Below, one piece after another: positions 18,553-25,862 of a stretch of DNA of 26,003 nucleotides. The notes beneath the pieces are model-generated. The model had not been told where the DNA came from and did not search any database. It was given only the letters and a program-made list of their open reading frames with translations. Within the stretch, counting starts at the first letter, position 1. Each line of letters begins with the position of its first letter. The position numbers and the translations under genes were made by a program. Origin of the DNA: Thermofilum sp. ex4484_15 (GTDB lineage: Archaea; Thermoproteota; Thermoprotei; Thermofilales; EX4484-15); contig NJEH01000017.1 in the NCBI GenBank assembly GCA_002254595.1, positions 1-26,003 on the forward strand, written 5' to 3'.

Positions 18553-19536
18553 CTACTCGTAATACCTCCTCACCTCCTTGGTTGCTTCGCTAAGTACCTT
18601 CAACTTAAGGAAGGCCCTTTCGTAAGGTATATAGTCTAACCAAGTATTAGGCGTTAAATGTAACTCTTTTACATCGATATGCTTAAGTACCTTCGCTAAG
18701 GTGGTAGCTAAATCCTTCGGGTCCTCTAGCTTCGTATTCCTAGCATCCACTATCCCTAAGGAGAGAGCTTTAGCCCCTTCAAAGTACCTACTCAAATCCG
18801 CTAACCCCTTCTTACAACTAATTAGATCTAAACCTACCATGTAAATACCTACGTCGAATAATGCTTGGAGGAATTTAGGGTTTAAGCAACCGAAATAAGT
18901 AGCCACTATGGATTTGAAGGGTAAACCTTTAACTAATCCTCCAATTACCTCTAAGTAAGCTTCAAAGTGTTCGATTTTTAACTCCTCCTCCGTGAGGATA
19001 GGTTCGTCGAATTGTAAGTAATCGGCCCTTATTTCCTTTAAATAGGAGAGTTCCCTTTTAAGGGCATTACCTAACTCCCATATTAATTCGTTTAACTTAG
19101 GGTAATACTCGTTCCTACATAAGTACGCCATAGTTAAAGGTCCGGGTACTACTAACTTTACCCTTTTCCTCGCTACTTTAACCGCTAGGCCGTACTCCTC
19201 GGTTAATAATGGATGCCTCCACCTTAATTTGCCCTTTACTACAGGTACCCTGTAATAGAAATTATTGTCGAAGAACCTAAGCAAACCGTTAAGTTCTACA
19301 CCTTCAAGCCCTTCCATGAACTTAGTTATTAAATCGTCCCATAGGAGCATGCCGCTAGTTATTACGTCTAAGCCCGCGATCTCCTGTAATCTTATTATCC
19401 TTACCGTACATTCCGAGGCCTTACGGAGTAATTCCCCCCTAGTTAATTTACCTCGTTTAAAACGGTCTATGGCCTTCCTTAAATCTGGCGGCCTAGGGTA
19501 ATTACCCAAATTAGCACTTAGTATTTCCAAGTTCAA
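18553..19536 (-). CDS. MetE N-terminal-half homologue (non-catalytic, folate-binding subunit of split MetE)
   Basis: [42 protein letters not shown]. The HxC and DCGL Zn ligands are replaced ([14 protein letters not shown]). Confidence 0.85.
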   Translation of the reverse strand: MNLEILSANLGNYPRPPDLRKAIDRFKRGKLTRGELLRKASECTVRIIRLQEIAGLDVITSGMLLWDDLITKFMEGLEGVELNGLLRFFDNNFYYRVPVVKGKLRWRHPLLTEEYGLAVKVARKRVKLVVPGPLTMAYLCRNEYYPKLNELIWELGNALKRELSYLKEIRADYLQFDEPILTEEELKIEHFEAYLEVIGGLVKGLPFKSIVATYFGCLNPKFLQALFDVGIYMVGLDLISCKKGLADLSRYFEGAKALSLGIVDARNTKLEDPKDLATTLAKVLKHIDVKELHLTPNTWLDYIPYERAFLKLKVLSEATKEVRRYYE

Positions 19537-20612
19537 CTACCTACAATTCCCCTTAAACTCTTTAAAGCGTAAGGTAAGTAGCTATGTTTACCTACTGTTG
19601 TTATGTAAATACCCCTTATTAAGAGGTTCGAGGAAAGAGCTTCCTCTACCAATTTAGAAGTTTCCCCGAGGCAATACTTCAAAGCACCTACTTCCCTTGA
19701 GGATTTATAGGATCGTATAAAGCCTTTAAAGAATACCTTAGATACCTTTACGCCCATATCCCTAAGATATCCCAAAGCCTTTGGGTGGGTAGGTAGTGCT
19801 ACCGCCATTACGACTGGGACGTCTATATTTAATTTAATTAAATTGTTCAATAACTCCCTTAAGGGGTTGAATTCGTAAACTGGTTGGGTTATTAGGAATT
19901 CCGCCCCTGCCCTCACCTTCCTTAAGGCCCTAACTACCTCTACCTTAACTGGCCTTAGGTGAGGGTTAAGGGTAGCACCTACGTGGAACTTACTACTTAC
20001 CTTGACCTTCCCCCCTCTATAATTTAACCCTTTATCGCTCAAGAGCCTAGCTAGATATATTAGCCTAGTAGAATCTAAGTCGAAGAAAGTCTTGGAAAGG
20101 TTGCTTTTAGGTAGGTCTCCCGTTACCGCTAAGAAGTTCCTGACCCCTAGACCTAACGCCCCTAATATCGTGGAAGTTAAAGTATCCCTATCCTTCCCCC
20201 TGCAGGATAAATGTATTATCACGTCGCTTTCTATAGAGCCCTTCAGCATAGCTACGAAAGCTAATGGGCTAAGTTTTACGGTACCTGCTGGGTTATCGGT
20301 TATACTCAATGCATCCGCTAGTTTCCCGCACTCCTTTACGTACTTCAACGAACTTAAGCTAGGTACTATTTCAGCTACTAAAACGTCATTACCGCGGGAT
20401 AACTTACTTAGGAAGGTTGAGTAGGGATCCTTAAGTAACGGTTTGAAATCTCTTACCCTAAACCCTTCATCTAATTTAGGGGTAGCTAGCCTTATACCCT
20501 CCCTTATTACCGCTTCGTACCAAGGGCATTTAATGGATCCGCTTTCACAAATCCCCCCTTCCCTTACGCCTCCGCAAGGTCCATTAAGTAAGCCCTTCGG
20601 GCAACCGAGCAT
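19533..20612 (-). CDS. metF: Methylenetetrahydrofolate reductase with N-terminal MetV-like Cys-rich domain
   Basis: CPKGLLNGPCGG..CE..CPW (MTHFR_C/MetV-type), then AEIVP, SITDNP, HLSCR, AVTGD, GAEFLITQPVY. Confidence 0.88.
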   Translation of the reverse strand: MLGCPKGLLNGPCGGVREGGICESGSIKCPWYEAVIREGIRLATPKLDEGFRVRDFKPLLKDPYSTFLSKLSRGNDVLVAEIVPSLSSLKYVKECGKLADALSITDNPAGTVKLSPLAFVAMLKGSIESDVIIHLSCRGKDRDTLTSTILGALGLGVRNFLAVTGDLPKSNLSKTFFDLDSTRLIYLARLLSDKGLNYRGGKVKVSSKFHVGATLNPHLRPVKVEVVRALRKVRAGAEFLITQPVYEFNPLRELLNNLIKLNIDVPVVMAVALPTHPKALGYLRDMGVKVSKVFFKGFIRSYKSSREVGALKYCLGETSKLVEEALSSNLLIRGIYITTVGKHSYLPYALKSLRGIVGS

Positions 20613-20636
20613 ATAGCTTTAAGTGCTCATATGAAT

Positions 20637-20650
20637 TTTATATATTTTTT
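20637..20650 (-). promoter_or_regulatory. BRE/TATA of the met operon (probably leaderless or short leader)
   Basis: The minus strand reads AAAAAA-TATATAAA, 25 nt before ATG 20612. Confidence 0.55.
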
Positions 20651-20659
20651 GTAAAAGAT

Positions 20660-20678
20660 AAATTACTAATAGTAATTT
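20660..20678. repeat. 8-bp inverted repeat just upstream of the metF BRE
   Basis: aaattact-aat-agtaattt. Confidence 0.55.
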
Positions 20679-21695
20679 TTAACTGGACTTACCCCATATC
20701 CAACCGCTATTAAAGTAATTGTCAGGTACATAATCTACGGTAACTACTTTTAACTGCTCGAAGGAGAAAAGCCTTGCTTCCGTTCTTACGCTTAAGTACC
20801 TTAAGGGTACTTCATAAACCATCCTATTGCCTACTACGAACCCTGGAAACGGTAGTATTAATCTCCAGGACTTAGTATTTTGATCCCACTTAAACAGATA
20901 ACCGGCTATGTACATTCCCCTAAAGGGCCCTTCCCTACACTTAAAGGCCTGTAATTCTAAAAGGTAGTCGGCTCCGTACTTACCGGTGGACATGTTACCA
21001 TCGCTATCTAGATACAACTCATAACTTAACTTCGCGGATATACTGTCACCTAGTAAGGTAGGTATGGGGTAATCGAAGAAGGCCAAATCTATTTCTAACA
21101 ACGTATTGTTATTTAGCCTAATACTTAAGGACTTTAAATCGCACCAAGGAGGTAAGTTATCCCTTCCATCCTCGATTACTTCTACGGCCTTAGGGCCTAA
21201 GGAGGACCAAGGAAGATTTATCGCGGTTAAGGGATCCCTAGTGGTTACCTTTACCAGTAGTTTAACCCTACTACCCTGATCGAAGTACTTAGATGGTAGT
21301 TCCACCGCTACACTATTCCCTAATATAGCTAAGTAAGCCTTACCTACCGCCCTGAAGGCGTTTCCATACCATTTATATAGCCCAGCTCCGCAATTATCGA
21401 AAAAGAGGGCATAATCTGCTCCGGTAATACTTCCCTTCTTACATCCCGTAGCAGGTAGGGAATCCTTATCAATGTAAATTACTCCCTTAAGTCTTATCCC
21501 TATAGGTAGGTATCCCCTGAAGCTTAACTTTATGGTGTAATTGCCATCGCTAGACTTATTGAACGTAACTTCGCTTACGTCAGCGTAAAAAGGACCATCC
21601 TTTAAGTTTAAGGGATCCTTAAAGGGATTAGGATAAGCTAAGTTAAGCGATAATAAATACGTTAAGGTTAAAGTTAAAATTAGAACTAGCTTCAT
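20679..21695 (-). CDS. Secreted/surface protein with two tandem beta-rich (DOMON-like) repeats
   Basis: Signal peptide MKLVLILTLTLTYLLSLNLA. Repeated motif IYIDKDSLPATG..GADY..LYKW..GNSVAVELP / LYLDSDGNMSTG..GADY..LFKW..GNRMVYEVP. 9 nt downstream of the MoxR-VWA gene, with a GGGGT RBS. Confidence 0.78.
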   Translation of the reverse strand: MKLVLILTLTLTYLLSLNLAYPNPFKDPLNLKDGPFYADVSEVTFNKSSDGNYTIKLSFRGYLPIGIRLKGVIYIDKDSLPATGCKKGSITGADYALFFDNCGAGLYKWYGNAFRAVGKAYLAILGNSVAVELPSKYFDQGSRVKLLVKVTTRDPLTAINLPWSSLGPKAVEVIEDGRDNLPPWCDLKSLSIRLNNNTLLEIDLAFFDYPIPTLLGDSISAKLSYELYLDSDGNMSTGKYGADYLLELQAFKCREGPFRGMYIAGYLFKWDQNTKSWRLILPFPGFVVGNRMVYEVPLRYLSVRTEARLFSFEQLKVVTVDYVPDNYFNSGWIWGKSS

Positions 21696-21704
21696 ACCCC
21701 CATC

Positions 21705-23525
21705 TTATAGATCCATCAATATTGTAGGTAATTCATCCGGTATCTCCCTAACGTTCCTTATCAATACGAACTTCCCTCCTCCGTAGTTAGCTAAGAGCCT
21801 CGAAAAGGAAAGTAACCTACTAGGTACGCAAATTACGTGCAACCTATCGTAGAGGGTAACTTTATTTAATGGGTTCTCGCCGGCCGTCCACTCCCCATCG
21901 GTTATTAATATGCCTACCTTCCTCTTAACCCCCTGGCTATCCAATTCCAGGAAATTCTCCTCTAAAGCCCTGGATATATCGGTATAACCCACCGGAGATA
22001 GGTTTAGTATCTCTCCCACTATTTCCTCTATTGCTTTCCTCTCCTTAAGCCTTTTTATGAAGTCGACGTTAGTATTAAAAGCCGAAACTACGAAGTTACC
22101 GAAGGGGTTAAGCCTAGCTATTACGGCTGCTACCAAGGCCGCTAATATCATTTTATATCCCGTCATGGAGAAGCTCCTATCTATTATTATCGCATAAGCT
22201 TCGTCGAAACCGGTCCTATTTAAAGCTACTACCTTATCGGGACTTAAAGGAGGATTCTCGAGTACCCTATCAATTGTGGCATCTATATCTATCTCCAAGC
22301 TGGAAGAGTTTAACGGCCCCCTCCTCAACTTCTTAAGCTTTCCTCCCTTTACATTACTCTCCGCTAACTTTATGATTAAATTAGATGCGTACTCCTTGAC
22401 CTTATCCTTAAGTTCCGGGTTTAAGTAATCCATTAACCTACCGTATACCTCTAAGGCGTCAGCGTCCCTTAAGCCTCCCTGCCCTCCTACTAGCTTAAGT
22501 ACGTAACTGGGATCTCTCCTTATCAATGGCAATAAGGATAAGGGGTTCCTATAAGCTATGGTAACTACGTTCGATACCGTAGGCTCCCCTAGCTCCTCCC
22601 CTTCCTCATCGCCTTCCCGAAAAAAATCCCCTCTGGGTCCCGAAGGGCTCCTCCTCTCCTCCAATAGTTTAGTTAGTAACTCCCTTATTAGCTCCTCTAC
22701 GGAAGTCCTAGGATCCTTAAGCCATATCTTACTGGACATACCTAGGACGGCCGCATCGTATAGATCCTCGAAACTTAATCCTCCGTTCATCCTTTCAAGC
22801 TCCTTCGCGATTAGTACCATATCTATAGCTCCCCTTACCGATGCGCCCATTTTAACTGAGGGGTGTAACCTAGTAGCCCTAGCTAAATCTACCGCTAATT
22901 CTATTAACCATTCATCCTTACTTCCCGTCTTTAACTTAACTATCTCAACTTCCTCCTCCCTACTTTGATAGGATAACTTCAACCTTGCAAATCGATCCAT
23001 TATAGCCCTACTCACTTTAGTAGTACCTACATCGTCGTAAGGGTTCTGCGAACATATTACTCTAAAGGTAGGGCCCGCTCTAACTATACCGTACCTAGGT
23101 ATTACTAATTCCCTCTCCTCCATGGCCCTTATTAGGACGTTAGCTACATCTTCGGGCATTCTATTAAACTCCTCGATATACAATAATCCTCCTTTCTCCA
23201 TAGCTAAAGTCAAGGGCCCAGGTTCGAAGAATTCCTTCTTAAAGCCTTCGGCCATTACCTTAGCAGGGTTAAAATTCCCTATTAGCTTTTGGGGGGTGAG
23301 GTCCGCATTTCCTTCTACCATGTAAAAAGGTAAATTAACTTCCTCCGCTATAGCCCTTAAAATAGTGGATTTAGTAGTGCCTGGGGGCCCCTCTAATAGG
23401 AGGTTTTTACCAGCTGCTAGGGCTGCTAGAATCGCCTTAAGTTCCCTTCTCCTACCTACTATTTTACTGGAAACCCTTTCGTAAAGCCCATCATCTCGAA
23501 ATACGTCCTCATCCATCCCGATCAA
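21705..23525 (-). CDS. MoxR-family AAA+ ATPase fused to a VWA domain (CoxD/CoxE-like); ATG 23516 is an alternative start
   Basis: LLLEGPPGTTKS (Walker A), LLYIEEFNR (Walker B), SQNP, AIMDRF, GASVRG; acidic linker; VWA MIDAS IIDRSFSM, GYTDI, ILITDG. Confidence 0.92.
   Translation of the reverse strand: MIGMDEDVFRDDGLYERVSSKIVGRRRELKAILAALAAGKNLLLEGPPGTTKSTILRAIAEEVNLPFYMVEGNADLTPQKLIGNFNPAKVMAEGFKKEFFEPGPLTLAMEKGGLLYIEEFNRMPEDVANVLIRAMEERELVIPRYGIVRAGPTFRVICSQNPYDDVGTTKVSRAIMDRFARLKLSYQSREEEVEIVKLKTGSKDEWLIELAVDLARATRLHPSVKMGASVRGAIDMVLIAKELERMNGGLSFEDLYDAAVLGMSSKIWLKDPRTSVEELIRELLTKLLEERRSPSGPRGDFFREGDEEGEELGEPTVSNVVTIAYRNPLSLLPLIRRDPSYVLKLVGGQGGLRDADALEVYGRLMDYLNPELKDKVKEYASNLIIKLAESNVKGGKLKKLRRGPLNSSSLEIDIDATIDRVLENPPLSPDKVVALNRTGFDEAYAIIIDRSFSMTGYKMILAALVAAVIARLNPFGNFVVSAFNTNVDFIKRLKERKAIEEIVGEILNLSPVGYTDISRALEENFLELDSQGVKRKVGILITDGEWTAGENPLNKVTLYDRLHVICVPSRLLSFSRLLANYGGGKFVLIRNVREIPDELPTILMDL
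22620..22626 (-). other. T7 homopolymer (candidate slippage/frameshift site) at the AAA+/VWA junction
   Basis: The minus strand reads AGA GGG GAT TTT TTT CGG; stops at 22606-22608 (-1 frame) and 22589-22591 (+1 frame). Confidence 0.4.
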
Positions 23526-23633
23526 CTAATCTATATAGGCCTTAGGCCCCTAAAACGCTTTTTCCCTACCTCAATAGACGATAACCCAAGTACTCGAGGA
23601 CGTTAACTTAAGGTTATCGAATGGGTTAAATTT

Positions 23634-23661
23634 ATATTTATGTGCAAAAGCACATAAATAT
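23634..23661. promoter_or_regulatory. Perfect 12-bp inverted repeat overlapping the TATA/TSS of the small-protein cluster (candidate operator)
   Basis: atatttatgtgc-aaaa-gcacataaatat; TTTATATT at 23631-23638; GGTGGGA RBS and ATG 23672 follow immediately. Confidence 0.72.
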
Positions 23662-23671
23662 GGTGGGACAT

Positions 23672-23860
23672 ATGGCGTGGGTAGGGCCTTGGCCTGGTAG
23701 GGGCCCCTTCAGTTACCTACCTCCGTGGCAGAGGCCAGGTTGGCTCTTCGGTAGGGGTGCTTGCAGATGGTTACTAGGCCGGTGGCTTTGGCCCTACCCC
23801 TACTTAGCTCCCTTAACTTATTGGAGACCCTATCCCTTCTGGTACTGGGCTTGGTGGTAG
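23672..23860 (+). CDS. Small Trp/Pro/Gly-rich protein (62 aa), DUF5320-like N-terminal motif
   Basis: GPWPGRGPFSYLPPWQRPGWLFGRGAC motif; GGTGGGA RBS before ATG 23672 (preferred over 23642). Confidence 0.68.
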   Translation: MAWVGPWPGRGPFSYLPPWQRPGWLFGRGACRWLLGRWLWPYPYLAPLTYWRPYPFWYWAWW

Positions 23861-23864
23861 AGCT

Positions 23865-24047
23865 ATGTGGTGGTATTACCCCTACTACCCTCCCCTCTTC
23901 GACGCTTATCATTTCTACTTAGCTTTTTACTCCTGGACTTACCTTTGGTTCTACTACGTGCTCATGGCTTATTATATGGAGATGTTTAGGGCTACATTAG
24001 ACCTTTGGAGGAAATACCTGGAATCGTTAGTTAAGGGCGGATCTTAA
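23865..24047 (+). CDS. Small Tyr/Trp-rich hydrophobic protein (60 aa)
   Basis: GGTGGT RBS, 4-nt gap from the upstream stop, one hydrophobic segment followed by an amphipathic helix (FRATLDLWRKYLESL). Confidence 0.6.
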   Translation: MWWYYPYYPPLFDAYHFYLAFYSWTYLWFYYVLMAYYMEMFRATLDLWRKYLESLVKGGS

Positions 24048-24136
24048 AATCTAACAGTCTTAACTATCTTCAAAAATAAGGAAAACTTACGCAATATTTA
24101 AAAAATGGGTAAATCATTTTAAACGGGTAAAATTCC

Positions 24137-24328
24137 ATGGGGCAGGGGAAAATTAGACGACCGCTCGGGCCTCTTAAGAAGTTCTTATGCAGAGCTTGTG
24201 GACGGATTATAGAAGTCCCTTACGGCGTACCTAAACCTATGACGTGCCCTTACTGTGGAGCGCCTGGTTTTATGATACATAGGTTAAACGCCGGAGGTAG
24301 GGGAGGACCACCGTGGGCTAAGGGCTAA
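24137..24328 (+). CDS. Small zinc-ribbon/rubredoxin-like protein (63 aa)
   Basis: CRAC..CPYC knuckles, IHR, Gly/Arg-rich tail GGRGG. Confidence 0.75.
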   Translation: MGQGKIRRPLGPLKKFLCRACGRIIEVPYGVPKPMTCPYCGAPGFMIHRLNAGGRGGPPWAKG

Positions 24329-25191
24329 TTTATTACCTCCAATAACCTTCTTCTCAATAACTCGGGATTAGCCTTAACGGCGTAGTTAACATTGGGCTTC
24401 CCCCTAGTTCTTACTAGTCTTCCGCTATTATCGACTTCTACTTTCATGGGCTTAAATTCTACTATTCCTTCTTCTACTATAGAGGCGGCCGCTAAGGGAT
24501 CGTGCATTACGGGTATTTTACCCGTTCTTTTACGCCAAAGGTAAGTCATCGTATAAAGGATCTTCGCGAGGGGAGACCTTTTAGTTTTAAGAACTTCTAT
24601 ATCCGAATCCGTTAGAGTACATTCGAGAGTTACGTCAAGCCCTATTACAAACTTAGGTACTTCGGTAGAAAGCACTACTTTAACAGCTTTCGGATCGCAA
24701 CTAGCGTTATATTCCGGATCTCTCCTCCCTTTAATTAAGTGACCGCACATCATAACGTGTTTAGAGAGAAGTCTGAATTCCTCCGGATACTCTATGGCGA
24801 ATCTCGCTGCATTAGTTAAAGGACCTATGGTTAAAAGTACTAGCCCAGGGTATCTCTTCGATACCTCAGCCATGAATTTAACCCCTCCGATTTTACACTC
24901 CTTAAGCTCGTAATCCTCGGAATCCAAAACGTCAGCGTAAAGGGGACTTCTTAAAGGAACTCGTCCGTCGAGTCCTCCTCTACATCCAGCAACTACTTCT
25001 ACATCCCTACCGGCCTTCTTTACGAGTAACTTCGCTAATGCTGTTCTAATTTCTACATCCCCCCAAACCGTAGTTACACCGACTAGTTCTACTTTAGGAT
25101 GACATAGGCAGAAAGCTAAAGCCCACGCATCATCTATATCATCTCCTATGTCAGTATCTAGGAGTACCCTTACGGTCATAACGTTACCCAA
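24325..25191 (-). CDS. Inosine/uridine-preferring nucleoside hydrolase family
   Basis: LLDTDIGDDIDD (Ca-binding Asp cluster), IGPLTNAA, EYNASCDP, GLDVT, MHDPLAAA. Confidence 0.92.
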   Translation of the reverse strand: MGNVMTVRVLLDTDIGDDIDDAWALAFCLCHPKVELVGVTTVWGDVEIRTALAKLLVKKAGRDVEVVAGCRGGLDGRVPLRSPLYADVLDSEDYELKECKIGGVKFMAEVSKRYPGLVLLTIGPLTNAARFAIEYPEEFRLLSKHVMMCGHLIKGRRDPEYNASCDPKAVKVVLSTEVPKFVIGLDVTLECTLTDSDIEVLKTKRSPLAKILYTMTYLWRKRTGKIPVMHDPLAAASIVEEGIVEFKPMKVEVDNSGRLVRTRGKPNVNYAVKANPELLRRRLLEVIN

Positions 25192-25322
25192 CTAAATTAG
25201 ATAATTAAGATGATATATTAAGGGAGCGATAGTAGCATACAATGGCGTAGGGATATCGTTTGGCGATGATACTACTTAAGGGTTCCGGAAGTTATTTTAA
25301 GGGAAATTCATTGTTTTAGAAC

Positions 25323-25814
25323 GTGAAATTACTAGTGGTCTTCGATCTAGACCTAACCTTATGGGATTGCGAAGATATAAGTTCAACCGTCCCCCCTTAT
25401 CTAAGGATAAGTAAGGATATTATAGCGGATTCCAATGGAAGACTAATAATGTTAAGGGAAGGCGTTAGGGAGCTATTAACGTGGTTAAAGGGACTAGGGG
25501 CTACCCTAGCTGTAGTTAGTTGGAACGTAAAGTGGAAGGCCTTAGAGGCCCTAAAGGGGTTAGGCGTTAAGGATTACTTCGATTACATCATCGTGGAACC
25601 GCATCCCCGTAAGGACATTATGTTTATGAAGTTACTCTCCGCCGTTGGGAAGGTAGATAGAGCTTATTTCATAGATGATAACCGTACTATGGTAGAGCTA
25701 GTTAAGAGGGCTTACCCATGGGTGAGGACTTTAACGTACCTAAATGAGGTAAGGACTATGAGGGAAATAAAGGAGGTCTTAAGGAGGGAGCTAAAAGTTA
25801 AGGAGGGATTATAG
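25323..25814 (+). CDS. Magnesium-dependent phosphatase-1 (HAD superfamily IIIC)
   Basis: VVFDLDLTLWD (motif I), VSWN (II), PRK (III), YFIDD (IV). Confidence 0.88.
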   Translation: MKLLVVFDLDLTLWDCEDISSTVPPYLRISKDIIADSNGRLIMLREGVRELLTWLKGLGATLAVVSWNVKWKALEALKGLGVKDYFDYIIVEPHPRKDIMFMKLLSAVGKVDRAYFIDDNRTMVELVKRAYPWVRTLTYLNEVRTMREIKEVLRRELKVKEGL

Positions 25815-25844
25815 CTAAGGAGATTTTTAGCTCTCTAGATAAGG

Positions 25845-25860
25845 CCTAGTAAACACTAGG
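25845..25860. terminator. Small hairpin between convergent genes
   Basis: cctagt-aaac-actagg, preceded by gattttt on the + strand. Confidence 0.3.
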
Positions 25861-25862
25861 TA

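Noticed and set aside
20627-20634. TCATATGA palindrome between the metF TATA and start
   Set aside because: Only 8 bp; expected by chance at this AT content.
15838-22968. Shadow ORFs at 15838, 19265, 20092 and 22558, and the 16971..17213 ORF as a stand-alone gene
   Set aside because: The first four are antisense to real genes; 16971..17213 is an internal fragment of the peptidase pseudogene.
23122-23912. ORFs 23122..23325 (+) and 23709..23912 (-)
   Set aside because: They are antisense to MoxR-VWA and to the RBS-supported small genes respectively.
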